From: Vicugna vicugna
Taxonomy: Eukaryota
Direction of reading: 5' to 3'
Assembly (NCBI GenBank): GCA_013265495.1
Contig: MU058844.1
Span: 4,703,535 to 4,767,534, forward strand
DNA: 64,000 bases
The notes beneath the pieces are model-generated. The model was given only the letters and a program-made list of their open reading frames with translations. It was not told the DNA's origin and did no database searches. This document shows positions 24,793 to 37,972 of this stretch, in pieces; position 1 is the stretch's first letter; each line of letters begins with the position of its first letter. Position numbers and translations under genes: made by a program.

Positions 24793-26791
24793 GAGAGTCA
24801 GAAATTGTCTACATTTTTAATAACATTTAGTTTAGCTGGTTTCTCAGAGGTGTTGGCTGCCTGCTGGGATCAGAATATTTAAAGTCTGCTGGCTAATTTC
24901 TCTAGATGGTATTTGAAAGGGTAAAGATGATTATTTCCACAGTGACTTTTCCCCCCTAAACTTCCAGTGCGGACCAGATGCCTACTGCCCTATTCCTTTG
25001 ATTGACACACTCTTTCGTTAGTTAAATTAAGATAGATTGATGACAGACAAATGCTGGGAGTTGTTTTTATGAAGAGAACATTTCCTTGTCTTGGATCTGA
25101 TTTATTATGTGAGCTATTATTTTTTAACAGTAAGTATGCAATCTTCTTACTTTATTTGCCTGTATTCAATATATATGTTATCTTATCCTACATACTGAAA
25201 ATAGATGAATTTCCCAGATGAGAATATATTTTTATCCTACTCCACATGCCATTTTTTGAATTGGGCCACCAATTTTTAGAATCCTTCTGGGAGAATAGAA
25301 GTACTCAAATTGTCAAATCTGTCTAATATTTGATTGGTAAAATATTCTGATTCTCTTGATTTAATGAGGTTTGAAGGTTCTTTCAAATTCCATTTATTTA
25401 TGCTCTTTTTGCTGCCTCATTATATGGGTGAATGTGACCTGGGGGTGGATAGTAAGTACTTGTTGACTGACTGAAGCACAAATGTTAGTTGCCACAAAAT
25501 AAAGTTGCTTAGTAAGAGGCAACAGGGTCAAAGCTTTTCACCCTAAATAAAATATTTTTGACAGTTTTGCTTATATAAGAAGTTAATAATTTTAACAGGA
25601 GCTACAGTAATATTGCTGGCTCTTTTACAATATGTACAGTATTACTGAAATATGTAAATGTAAGAAGTCTATTTTAATAAGATCTTTTTAAAGGTATAAA
25701 TGTGCCCTTTTGATGGGAAGAGAATAAAAATAAAAGATAATTAGGTTGACTGCTATGAAAGAACTCACGTTTCTACTCTAGGCTGTAGTGTAACATTCTG
25801 CCTGAGCTACACAGCTTGATATATCCCAGAAAATTGCAATTATAGTCCTTCTAAGTAAGGAAGTACAGAAACTAATGTCATGACCTTAAATAATAACTCT
25901 AAATCTAATAAGAGCCTATTTTGATGTAAGAATATGATTCAGAAGATGCATTTAAGCACTTATTAAACCTAATATATGGAAAAATTTGTACTTGGAATAT
26001 GTTGTTGAAGCTCTTGAAAATAGATAGAGAACTATGACTTCTAAATCAGAATATTAACATTAGAAGATATATTAGTTTCCTGATCTTCCTGGATTCTTGC
26101 CCTACTGCAGAATCTCTGCCCTTGGGTTAAGCTTCATGGATAGATCTGAAACCAGTCAAAACTTTGGATAACCAAACATCACACCAAATTTGTGGTTAAT
26201 CCTTCTCTGGTCACAACAGCTGAGTCACCTGTAACCAGGATCCAGTTGCACCTATCAGTGTTTTCTGATTAAGGACCTACCTTATTCTCTGCCATCACAG
26301 TTCCATTTATATTCTCTAATTCTTCATAAGCTATGTTGCTGTCATAACACATTAAATCTGCAAATGCTTGGATTCCTGCTTAAACACTTTTGTCCCTTCT
26401 TCTGCTTAATGCTTGTGAACTTCCAGTGTCTTCTTTCATCTTTGCTTAAATAGAAAGTCTGGTTCTAGGATTCATTTTAAGTTTGGTTTCAGCATTCAGT
26501 TAGGGGTTGTACTTGAATCTGTATCCTACAAATTTGAAGAGAGTTTCAATCATAAGGAATTATAAAGTTGCCTTTTAAAATGGAAAGTAATTTCAAGAAT
26601 CTGAGGTTTGAATTTATCTTTAAGGTGACTGTTGTGAGAAACAAAATGATACTTGCTGCAACAAAACAAAGAAAGAACACACAATATTTGTGGTTCTTTC
26701 AGTTATATAAATGAAAATTAAATAACTTCAACTGAAACAGATGTTTGAAGCTAGAAATATCTAATAAATTAAACTACTCTATATGTTTATA

Positions 26792-26990
26792 GAGTTAGCC
26801 CTCCCTATTGGTGAGTTCCACATCCTCAAGATTTAAACAACCATGGATCTTGTATGTTTATGATCTGCAACTGATTGAATCTGTACGTTCTGGAACTCAT
26901 GAAAGTGGAGGTCTGACTATTGGACTTAAGCATTTTGGTCTCTCTGGCAGGTCCTTGAACCAATCCCCAGCAGATACTGAGGGATGACTG
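26792..26990. mobile_element. Short MER2-like (Tigger, Tc1/mariner) MITE
   Basis: Right TIR 'gaaccaatccccagcagatactgagggatgactg' and decayed left TIR, both flanked by TA. Confidence 0.85.
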
Positions 26991-28429
26991 TACAGTTTTA
27001 GTGGTCTTATCTTTAAAGTTTGTTTCTTTAAAAAAATATTTATTTTAGAAACATGGGTTTAACACGTCCTGTGACTTTATTACTTATTTTTCTCTTGAGA
27101 AGATAAATTGTGTAATTTTACTACAGATATTTCTTACAGTGTTTGGGGAAACTGCAAAGATTTAATAAAGTCTAATTTCGTCTTTCTCTTTAACTTTGAA
27201 TAAAGAGAGAAACTGAAAAGGAAGTGAACAGCACTTTGTCATTTTAACATAAACTGTACTACCAATTCCCTAGATTTAGACTGATTAACCAGAAATTCTT
27301 TGCTATTAGGCTGTTAAATCCTGCATAAGTCAGTTGTCCTGAAGGAACTATAAGGAAAGCATCCTTTTGTAGGGAGAAACCACTTTTCCCTTAAGGAAGT
27401 GGCTCTTTCTGATGTCAATCTCCTAGAAGGGATTGTTCCCAGGACTACGTTGCAGAATTAAGGGAGGGTTAGCAGAGGAAAGAAGCTAACAGGAGGTGGT
27501 TGAAGCTACTGTTAGCATTATGGGAGGTTTGTGTCCAGGAGTAGTGATAGGCTATATAAGCAGTATGATAGGAGCCAGACCAGAATAGGAGAGATTTTGA
27601 GAATATTTAATTACGAGGAACATTTGCTGATAGGGGTGGTAATAGTGAGTAGGCTAAAATTCTGGAAATCAAGACTGTGGTGACTGAGTCAATATAACTT
27701 CAATATTGAATGGAAAATATGTCATTTCTTTGGAATCACAGCAAGTGATGCCTGGAAATTTGAACTTTGGAATGGCTTTTTCTGGACTGATGACCTTGTT
27801 TTAGTCTTAGTTCCAGACTATGCCTCCATGTCAGAGGATCTCTTAGCCTATTTATTAATGTAATTTATAGTTACTTCTAAATAATCAAATGAAGTTTAAT
27901 ATTTTTGCTCATGCTATCAAGTGAAGTTTCAGGATTTTAAAAAATTCTAGTTACTTAGTGAACCTTAAGGACTTCTTTGCATTGCTCTTTGAATCCATTC
28001 TCAAATTTGAGGATCATTTGTGACTTTGGTTCTGTATAAGAATGGGCTGAAATTTTGGCCCTTTTCAGGGAAAAACAGTTTTACTCTTTTGATGGCCCAT
28101 GTTACTTTTTGTACTTTTTTTTAACTCATTTTTTATGAGGGTCCTTTTTATTTTTGTGCATATCCTATGTGTCCTATGGTACTGTTCTCAAGAGCAAGAT
28201 CTATAATTTCATTTGTTTACTTACTGAGCAAATATCTGCTATATTCTTATTGTTCTTTCCCTAGCACTTAACACAATACAGAATACACATACAGTAGGTG
28301 CTCAATAAATGTTGGCCGAAAGCTAGGAAAAGAGAGTGTTTTTATTTTCAGCCTCCTTGGAATAGCATCCCTTAAGATGTCTTTATGGTCAGAATGGAAA
28401 ATTGACACAGTGAGTGTCTCTTTATGTGT

Positions 28430-28431
<2 letters not shown>

Positions 28432-28467
<36 letters not shown>
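28432..28467. repeat. (GT)18 microsatellite
   Basis: Direct read. Confidence 0.98.
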
Positions 28468-28468
<1 letters not shown>

Positions 28469-28496
28469 TATTTTCCCTAATTCAAACCCAACACAT

Positions 28497-29253
28497 TGTA
28501 GTCCTATGGAAAATAGTATGAAGATTCCTCAAAAAATTAAAAATAGAGCTAACACATGACCAAGAAATTGTACTTCTGAGTATTTATCCAAAGAAACAAA
28601 AACAATAATTTGAAAAGATACATACACCGCAATGTTCATTTCAGCATTTTAGCATCTTAAACATGGAAGCAACGTAAGTATCCACCAATACATGAGTGGA
28701 TAAAGAAGAATAAATATATATATATAAATATATATATATTTATATGTATGTGTATATATATTTATATATATATAATGAAATATTACTCAACCATAAAAAA
28801 GGATGAAATCTTGCCATTTGCAACAATGTGGATAGACCCAATGGGTATTATGCTAAGTGAAGTAAGTCAGGCAGAGAAAGACAAATACTATATGATTTCA
28901 CTTATATGTGGAATCTAAAAAACAAAACAAGTGAAAAAACATAACAAAACAGAAGCAGATTCATAGGTACTGATAATAATCTGGTAGTGCTAGAGGGAAA
29001 GGCAGTGGGGGATAAGTGATTAAGGTAAAGGGAGGTTAAGAGATACAGACTTCGGTTATAAATTAATTTCACTAGAATGTAATGTACAGCATAGGGAATA
29101 TAGTCAATAATATTTTAATAGTTTTGTATGGTGAAAGGTGGTAACTCAACTTATAGTGATCATTTCACAATATATAAAAATATTGATTCACTATGTGATA
29201 ACCTGAAATGAATATAATTGTGTAAGTCAATTATACTTTAATAAAGGAAAAAA
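28497..29253 (+). mobile_element. 5'-truncated L1 (L1MA9-like / laurasiatherian) 3' end
   Basis: 'tatggaaaatagtatgaagattcctcaaaaaattaaaaatagagcta', 'gatttcacttatatgtggaatctaaaa', ending 'gtcaattatactttaataaaggaaaaaa'; internal AT-rich microsatellite ~28710-28775. Confidence 0.92.
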
Positions 29254-30471
29254 TACATCTTGAAAATATCATTTAGATATATATCTTATGTCTAAATAAA
29301 TGATGAGAAATTTGTTAATATGGTATAAAACTCAACTGAAGTACAGAGAGCTAGTCTACTAATTAATAATTATGAGACAGAAGTAAAATATGTTTGTTAT
29401 CTCTGAATTTCCAGAATTATATAATCCCTGATTAGTAAATGCTTAGTACTCACTGAATAAAGTAATTAATTTGATATTTACTTGTTGATCTCTTCACTCC
29501 AAGCTTTGTTATCTATAAAACATAAAATATTTTATTGCTTGTTGTATTTAAAACATTTCTTCTCTAGAATAAATTAAGGATAGACAATATGGAATGATTT
29601 TTAACTGAAAATTATGCCCAGGGTATGCATACTATCGTATTATGATTATACGAGCTTTTGAACATTAGTTCTCTTTAAAACAAATACATTTGTATACCAG
29701 TTGTGATAAAGAAGAAATTTACAGGAAAAAAACTTTAATCATTGGAAGCTCCACAGTGTGGGAGAATATTGAATGATTGTTTGAAAATGCTATAAAGAAT
29801 GAAAACCACCTAATATCAATGAAAGGAGTCCGCTTAAATTATTTAGATGAGATATCTATGTTAGGGACAGTTATAGTATACAGGAAAAACATCTGCAATT
29901 GTAGAAAGCAGCAAAAATGACAGATGCTACAGGTCTTCAGCATTCTTTTGTTTTGGTTTTGGTTTTGGTTTTGGTTTTTAGAACTGGTTTATCAGAACTC
30001 TACTGTGACAGTTACGGAAACTTAAACTTAATTAGAACCTTGAAATTAAAATCAATTATTCTCCATATCTCTTACAAATATTCTGAACTCATCCTCTTCT
30101 CTCCACTGGGTTCCGCTCTGCCTGCGAGATAAAATGCAACCATCTCAGCTTAACATATGAGGCAAAGCATGCATTCGACTCTGTGTAATTCTCTAACTGC
30201 TTTAGCCACATATACAAACAGTTCATGTTTTCTTGCTTCTGTGAACTTTCATGTATGGTGGTCTCTCTGCTTAGAATAACTTTCGCCTATGTTGGCTTAT
30301 TACCAAATTCTGCTCATTCCTTAAAACTCAGCTACAGTATCTGTCACTCCTTAGGGAAATCTTTTTTTGACTTCCTTCATCACTACTGAGTTGAATTCAG
30401 CGTTCTGCTTTGTAATCCCATCATAGGCTCTGACTACCCTTATTAATGTGTATTTATGTCATATTAGAATC

Positions 30472-30979
30472 TGTATTAGTTTTCTATTGCTGCTATAACA
30501 AATTACCATAAATTTAGTGGCTTAAAACAACATGAATTTGTTCTTATAGTTCTGGAGGTCAGAAGTTTGAAATGGCCACAGTGGACTGAAATTAAGCTGT
30601 TGGTGGGATAGTGTTCCTTTCTTGAGGCTCTAGGGGAGAATCTGTTTCCTTGCTTTTTGCATCTTCTCGGGGCTGCCCATATCATTAACTCATGGGTATC
30701 TTTCATCTCCAAAGCCAGCAATTACTGGTTAGTCTTTCTCACATCATATCACTCTGACACTGACTTTTCTGTCTCTCTTTTACAGATTTAAAGACTCTTG
30801 TGGTCATATTCAATTTACCTGGATAATCCAGGAAAATATTCCTATTTTAGAACTAGTTCATTAACAACTTTAATTACATTTGTTATCTTAATTTCCCTTT
30901 GCAATGTAACGTAATATATTCATAAATTCTGAAGATTAGCACTTAGACCTCTTTGGGAGGCTATTTTATCCCTACCACG
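30472..30979 (-). mobile_element. MLT1D-like solo LTR, full length
   Basis: Starts 'tgtattagttttctattgctgctataacaaattacc', ends 'cctaccacg'; 5-bp TSD GAATC/GAGTC (1 mismatch). Confidence 0.9.
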
Positions 30980-33324
30980 GAGTCATAAATATTATTTAAC
31001 TTTCATGTATATAGCCACAGTTTCCAGCATTGTGTAAGTGCTCAATACACAATTTTTCAATAAATTAGTATTTACAAATTTATTAATGAGTTTTTCTTAG
31101 AATCATGCAAGTTTAAAATTAACAACAACTGTAAAGTTTAGCTCTTTCATATTTCTTGAGCTAGGGGTTTTAAAAGTTTATTGATTATGTACTTTTGTAT
31201 AAGTTTTATTTCCTGCCCATGTAAAACCCCCATTTTTACTCTGATACATAAAAAGTTACTGAACACATCACAAATGATGACATCCTATTTAGAAGTGCTC
31301 AACTTTAATAAAAATACAGTAAACAAATCTCCTTACACCTCCATTTAAACATTTTCATGAACTGCTTGTATTTTTTAATATTTCAAGAACAAACTGACCA
31401 TTCTGTACAGGTTTTCAACATTCATTAAGAATGTACCATCCCCTAAACAGAAACTGTCCTCCTTTCAGCATAGCATAAAAAAATAATTAACAATTGATTT
31501 TTGTGTCTTGCTAACATGTAAATTAAACATATGCCATGTTTCAATCCACAGGAAGAAAACCTATCTGTAAGCCCCTACTTTTAAAATAGGAAATCAAAAA
31601 CTATTTTTTTTCCCACAGTGATATATAGGTTGCCAGTTTAATTTGGGTTGATATCTCAAAAGTGGTCAGACATTACTTCAAAATAAAGAAAATGTGAAGA
31701 AATATCTTACCCAATGGTCCAGTGACAGTATGTACTGACTGTATAAATGAGTTACCGAAAAGTAATATTCTCATCTTTGAATGATTTTCTGTTCAACAAG
31801 AGTTGTTGCTTAACTCCATAGCCCTCCTAGCTACTCTGACTTTGTGGAATGTGATTTTGGAGCAACAGATTGTTATATGAATGTATGGATTAGTGTGATT
31901 TGATATCAGAGTGTTATTATTCAAAGGGATTTTTTACACAATGTTTTAAGATTATGTTATGTAATACTAGTGTATTGATTTTATGGTTCTGGAAAGTCAA
32001 ATTAAAAGAGGACATAAAAATTCAAAGGAGCTTAACACTGTTTACAAAGGCCTGGGATTCTTGTATTGGTAAAATCAGTCAATTATTAGCAAAGCTACAT
32101 GAATAGTCAACCATTGGACAATTTCTGGGCTTTGTTATACCTTATCTAGTTCAAAGTAACTTGAGATGATACTGGATTTCCCAGAATATGTAATAGGCTC
32201 CCTCCCTCTGTCAGGTATTAAGATCTGTGAAAAGCTGCCTCCTTCTATTTGTATTATAGGACTTTTTTTGTTCCTTTTTGGCAAGTGATCTTTCTTGTTT
32301 GTCTCTCCAGGTTATTGTCATCAAATTGTTCTTATTAAATACAATATATGCAAAGCACGATGCCACATTATGTAAAGAACCGTCAGCAGACATGGCTCAG
32401 CACTTTCATTTCTATAATCTTCCCTGTTCTGGTACAGAGTTCCTGATTGCATAGTTTTGTTCTTTCTTTGGTTTTCAGGCCTGTAGAATTGCTGATGCAA
32501 TTACAGATTATGGGCAAAACTGTAGACTTCTTCATCATAGAGAGCATAATAAACCAGGAAATCATGAGTGTGAATATATTTATATATTTCCATTTTCTTG
32601 TAGGATTAAATGAAATTAAGTAAAATTCCTAGCACAGTTCTAGCACTCACTAGTGATCAAAAAATACTATAACTTTCCTCACTGGAATGATTGAAAAGCA
32701 CAATAGAAGTACTTTTTGAAGCACAGAAGCAAGGATAAATCCATGAGGAAAAGTCAAGTGTTAAAATAACAATTGTAAAAGGCAAGGGTGCATATGAATA
32801 TTCATTAACAGTTTCACTGTTGTATTCAAAGTTAGGAAGTGTATATATACCCTGAAGACAGAGGTTAATGATAATAGTATAAACAGAAATCCTCAAATAT
32901 TTCATTCCATTATGCTTTATACAAAGAAAATTGGGAAAAATTAATAACTAACCAACCATCAGTCATCCCAGAAGACAAAAATTAATGTTTTTCTGATTGT
33001 AATTCTTAAGCATGATTAAAGATGATTATTTTAAAAAAGTTATTTTTCTAATGGAATATTTGGCCCCTTTCTGTCCTTAATTTTAACTGTGAAATACATA
33101 GCAGTTTATTTCTGGGATAGCTTTCTTTTTGATGGAAAGGAGCATGTGTTCAATTTTTGATTGACTGTATAGAACTGGTCCCAGATTACTTTGTTTTTCT
33201 AGCTCAATTAAATCTTTGAGTGAATGCCAAGTCAGGCATAGCTTAAAGTTGAAGCTAAAGTTCTGGATAAATTCATCTGTCCCGTGTTTCAAAGCACAGC
33301 TCTGGTATCAATCTGATTAATAGC

Positions 33325-33573
33325 GTCTATTCATTAAGCACCTACTATGAGTAAGAAACCATACTGGGTGGTTTACATATGTTATCTCATTTAATGATAA
33401 TAGCAGAGTTACTAAGTTCATAATGTTATGCTTTGATAGCAGATGAAGAAATAGCCTCAGAAAGATGTAAGTGACTTTTCAAAGAAGTCATACAACCAGA
33501 AAATGTTGGAGTTGGAGTTCCAACACTGGACCATTTGATTCCCAGTGTAGGCTGTTCTATTACTTTACTGCCT
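33325..33573 (-). mobile_element. MIR SINE, near full length
   Basis: 'taagcacctactatg...ttacatatgttatctcatttaat...cagatgaagaaatagcctcagaaagatgtaagtgactt'. Confidence 0.75.
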
Positions 33574-33621
33574 ATTTTAGTCTTAAGACACTCGTTATTT
33601 GGAAAGGAGTCATCAAAACCT

Positions 33622-34252
33622 TGTTAAGGTGGTTTTACACAGTCAAGTAGTTAAGGTAGAACTATGTTTCCCAGAATTTCCTTCACTGCATAATTCTGGG
33701 TTAGGGTTAACCACAAGGGAAAATGCATACAACTTAGAAGGCAGAAGCAAAGTAGCAGCTGTTGTGTTCTGAAGGTCAGTGTTGAACTCCAGGTACCACC
33801 AGAGCTTGTCCACTGTGTGATGGGCTGGTTTACCTTGTTGCTGTGGGGCAGCCATGAAGCCCTCAGTGTCCTTACCTTCTGCGGGTCCTGGGCTAGGTGA
33901 GGGAGCAGTCCTTTGAGGAAAGCACCGACTGCTTTTCCACATCACCTAGATCCACAAAGTAGAAGTTTGTGGAAAGAGAGAGGTAGTTCCTGTTTGCCCC
34001 TGTGGGTTGCAGTTTTTCTTGAGATTTGAAATGTTTTTATAGCTTTCCTCTGGTATGTGTCAGCTTTTCTTCCTTTCTCCTGGCCCTGTTGCCCTATAGT
34101 GACTTTAGGGCCACTTTCAGGCTGGAAACAACCTTCTGTAGAGTTCTGCACCAGCCCCTACAAACTGGGCAAGGTTTAATCTTTATAGTAAATCACTTGC
34201 TCTGCATTGTATCTAGTGGTTCTCCCTCCCTGGTGGAACCATGACTGCTGTT
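33622..34252 (+). mobile_element. ERVL-class solo LTR (LTR41/LTR52-like)
   Basis: 'agaactatgtttcccagaatttcctt...ctgggttagggttaaccacaag...agaaggcagaagcaaagtagcagc' and 3' 'agtggttctccctccctggtggaaccatgactg'. Confidence 0.7.
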
Positions 34253-34368
34253 CCTGTGAAGTATGTCTTGCAGTGGTCATGGTAGATAGACTATTTCTGG
34301 AACATTCTGATGGTGTATCTTTGAAGTAAACTATAACCTATCTCTGTTAAATTACAAGTTAAGCAAAG

Positions 34369-34370
<2 letters not shown>

Positions 34371-34411
<41 letters not shown>
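34371..34411 (-). repeat. Pure T41 homopolymer
   Basis: Direct read. Confidence 0.97.
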
Positions 34412-34414
<3 letters not shown>

Positions 34415-35169
34415 TGAAAGGGAATGATTTCGAAAGCTAAGATAATCACTCTAAAGCTCATTTTACCGAACAAGTGTATCAAACATATTAGAGTCACAAT
34501 ATGATTTACATGCTTAAAGTTACATTCATGAAGCCAAAATACCAGCTTGTATTATTCGCTGGCTCTTGACTGTGACTCTCCTGTAAGTCATCCAAGTTAA
34601 TTTGCATAGGATCAATTCTAATCTCTGCTGTTGAGTATTTTGTGCTTTGTATTAATTAAGGTGATTGGCTTGTAATTACTCCATTTATTATGCCCCTCCT
34701 TAGTTTCTGTATTAATAACAATTACCCTGCCTTTAATACTACAAGAAATGTGTTAAATCTACATCTAAGTTGACTTTAAAATATTTAACTTTTATGTGAC
34801 AGATCAGCATGTCTTCTTTTTCCCCTTCTAAATTGCACAAAAGCAGCTTAATTTGTTATCTCATTTGAGATATTTTGGATTACCCATGCACATGGGCCTG
34901 TGTAATGTCAGGCTACACGTCCGATGAGACTCTCCTACCATCTAAAAGGAAATAAGAAATAGAACTGAAATGCATCTAATAAGTACTTCTCTTTCCCCTA
35001 TTTTTACCCTTTCTTTACATTTCATGAATCTTCATATTTGTAAAGAAACTGAGACATATACCCTTGAAATGAAAGGCCCATTAACCTGATAATAATAAAA
35101 ACCGATAAAGGAGTCAGAAATACAGCAATCTCTTTGGGTCTTCTTTAAGGTTTAAAATGCTTCTCTGTA

Positions 35170-35330
35170 CATTACCTTAATAACCATAAGAGAAGTGTGG
35201 AATAGCAAATATTATCAGCCTTATTTTAAAGATGAGAAAATTGAGACTCAGTGATTTTTAAAGACAAAATCACAGAGCAAAGGAGTGATTGAGCCAAGAT
35301 TTAAAGTCTGGTTAATCAATTTTTGACTAT
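35170..35330 (-). mobile_element. MIR SINE fragment
   Basis: 'ttattttaaagatgagaaaattgagactcag...aaatcacagagc'. Confidence 0.7.
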
Positions 35331-35360
35331 GTTATGTATCCAGTTTTTTTTTTAATGGAA

Positions 35361-35520
35361 AGCAAATGATATAGTGGAAAGAACACATGTTTTAGAATTT
35401 TATGACTTTTTGAATCAAAGATCTGTGATCTTAACCAAAGCCCTGTGACTTTGAGCAAATCAATTTGTTGATATACTTTTTTCTGACTTATAAATGAGAG
35501 TCATAACATTTAATTTTCAA
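35361..35520 (+). mobile_element. MIR SINE fragment, head-to-head with the previous MIR
   Basis: 'atagtggaaagaacacatgttttaga...ctgtgactttgagcaaatcaattt...tataaatgagagtcataaca'. Confidence 0.65.
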
Positions 35521-35726
35521 TTTTAATTATGAAAAAATCTCCCAGAATATTGTATGGAATTGTTGCTTACCAAGTTTGCAGATGATTAACATACGATTAT
35601 TGATCTCTTACTGAGTATTTGTTTTATCTTTGAGTATTCAGTTCTAAAATATTTGAATGCCTAAGTAATTATGTTACTCTTTCAAGTTATTTTTATCCTT
35701 TGGAGTGTGTCTCTAACATTATAGGA

Positions 35727-35909
35727 TAATGGTTCTCAAATTTTAGCATGCATTAGAGTCACCTGAGGGGTTTGTTAAAGCACCAATTGTTTCAACTTTA
35801 GGTTTGTGATTCAGTAAATCTGGAATGGAATCCAAAAATTTGCATTTCTAACAAATTCTCAGTTGATATTGCTGCTGCTGGCCCAAGGATGATACTCTGA
35901 GAACCTTTG
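35727..35909. mobile_element. MER5A hAT-Charlie MITE
   Basis: TIRs 'taatggttctcaaa' and 'tgagaacctttg'; internal 'aatttgcatttctaacaaattctcag'. Confidence 0.9.
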
Positions 35910-36049
35910 CTATTGGTGAAAATATCAAAGAATATATAATATGATGAAGAGAACTTTACTTTCCAAATAAAAGGAAAAAATCCACATGCAAATAAAAACA
36001 TTTGACTTCATGTATATTTTTAATAACTGAGAACCACTTTAGATACAGA

Positions 36050-36245
36050 AATATTGAGATTATAGTTAGAGTTACCATATACCACAGACCAAGTTTTATT
36101 ATTATTAACATTTGATATTAGCATGATACAGTGTTGCATTCAATAAACCAATACTGATAACACTATTATTAACTACAGTTGGGTCCATAATCTATTCAGA
36201 TTTTCTTAGTTTTCACCTAATGCCTTTTTTTTTGTTCCAGAATAC
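36050..36245 (-). mobile_element. L1MC/MD 3' UTR fragment
   Basis: 'tattattaactacagt...tattcagattttcttagttttcacctaatgcctttttttttgttccag'. Confidence 0.7.
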
Positions 36246-36908
36246 AAAGGTTACTTGTTTGTTTTTGAGTACTCCTTATATACCCCTATACTCCCATACC
36301 TAAAGGAAATGGTGAGTACTTTAGTGGATGCTACTATCTATGCCACTCTAAAAAATAATGGGGATTATTGCTTTCCTCAGGAGCAACTGCCTCATTTAGG
36401 TCCATTTCTCAACAATCTGGGAAGAGGATCTCTCACTCTCCAGCACCTTTTTATTTTCTGTTCCTTCAGCTTTCTACCACAACCTCTCCCTGTGTCTCTG
36501 ACCATCATAACTACCCCTTCCCCTTGGTTACAAAAAATACCACTAATCTTTACAAATACCTTACTGAACTATCAGTTCATACCCTCCAACAATGTAACTT
36601 CTGGACCTGCCAACTTGACCAGGAATATGACACGGCATTATTATCATGAAAAGCATAACTGATAATACTTTCACATTTTATAACTACACCAAGATGTTGT
36701 TAGAGACTCCATAAATTTCAGATCTGTTTTATTGGCTAATGCTATACAAATGGTGAATTTGGTTATGAGATGGCGTATAAGAGATTCTTTGTATGTTCAT
36801 GTTTTGCATTTTTTTTTTCCTCATAATAAAATGTTTTCTACAGTGCTTAGGGCATTTTATATCCTACTCTCTGGAAGCCTCCTCTATTATTCAGGCCACT
36901 CAAATACT

Positions 36909-37424
36909 TGTAATAATTGAGCTCAAAACTTATGTCAAGACATCAAAGAATCAGTTTGTAATATAGATTTTTTTGAAATGCTGTCTTGACATAGTTTTGA
37001 GGTTCTGGCTAGCGGCCAGTCAGTTCTTCTTAAGCGCTTGATTAAATCCACACCCCAACCACTTACTTAATGATGCTCTCATACTCTGGGGCCACTTCCC
37101 TAATTGCCCCAGGACCAGGTACCAGACAACTAGGGACAGTTACTATACCCTGGAGCCTACAAAATTATTCAAATTAGCCGAATCCACAGGGAACATGATT
37201 AACCTTGCTATCTTGGTTGCCATATATAAACTGCCCTCTAACAACTCCAACTTGCTGGTACCCTGTCCCTCACTACAACCTCCTGTTTGGCCCTACCCGA
37301 CAGCCTTATCTTGTTTGGATCTGTAAGGAATAAAGAGATATGAATAAAGAATTCATTTACCTAAGTGTCATTGTGTTGTGTCCTGCCATCAAAAGAATCT
37401 TTACCTTTTATAAAGCTACTTACA
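36909..37424 (+). mobile_element. ERVL-class LTR (MER54/MER74/MER88-like)
   Basis: TGTAA...TTACA termini; 'ccaggaccaggtaccagacaactagggacag...gagcctacaaaattattcaaattagcc'; TATATAAA near 37223; two AATAAA near 37329 and 37343. Confidence 0.75.
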
Positions 37425-37677
37425 GGGTTCCAAAGCAACTCCAACATGTGTCACATTAAACCTGCACGCCTATAATAACAACACCAGAGTCGTAATTTTT
37501 TTAGTGGACCTCACATCCATCCACTTTTCTGCTGGTGTCAACAAGGAAACAAAGGGAGTCTGAGGAAACAGCAGCAAAGTGAATATAAGCCTACAAAGGA
37601 ACTAGAGGCAACAGTATTGATTGAAAAATCTACGTAGGGGGTATAAAAATACAAAAGTTCTGATTTCCCACATGTTG

Positions 37678-37830
37678 GGCAGGGTCATTAACTCTGGCAG
37701 TTAATTAGAACCACCAGGGAAGATTTTACTAAATGCTGTGCCTAGGTCCTTAACCCAGAGACACTGATTAGATCCAGATATTGATATTCATTAAGGTTTC
37801 CCAAGTAATTCAAACATAATGATAAGTAAA
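37678..37830. mobile_element. Degraded MER5-like MITE
   Basis: 'aattagaaccaccagggaagatttt...cctaggtccttaacccagagacactgatta...ttcccaagtaattc'. Confidence 0.55.
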
Positions 37831-37972
37831 GGAGTCATTCCTGAGTTAAAGGAAACTAACCATGGGAAACAGGGATGCAAGTATAAGTGAATGCTAGAAT
37901 AAATAAAAGCAATATATCAGTAACCAATCAAAAATAGCTGATAATCATTGAGAGATAAATGTATCAATGGTT

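Noticed and set aside
28710..28775. Near-palindromic AT-rich tract
   Set aside because: Self-complementarity is inherent to (TA)n microsatellites at this usual L1 position.
32311..32620. Two strong plus-strand splice acceptors followed by short open frames
   Set aside because: No convincing donor before the stops and no recognisable peptide; unsupported as coding exons.
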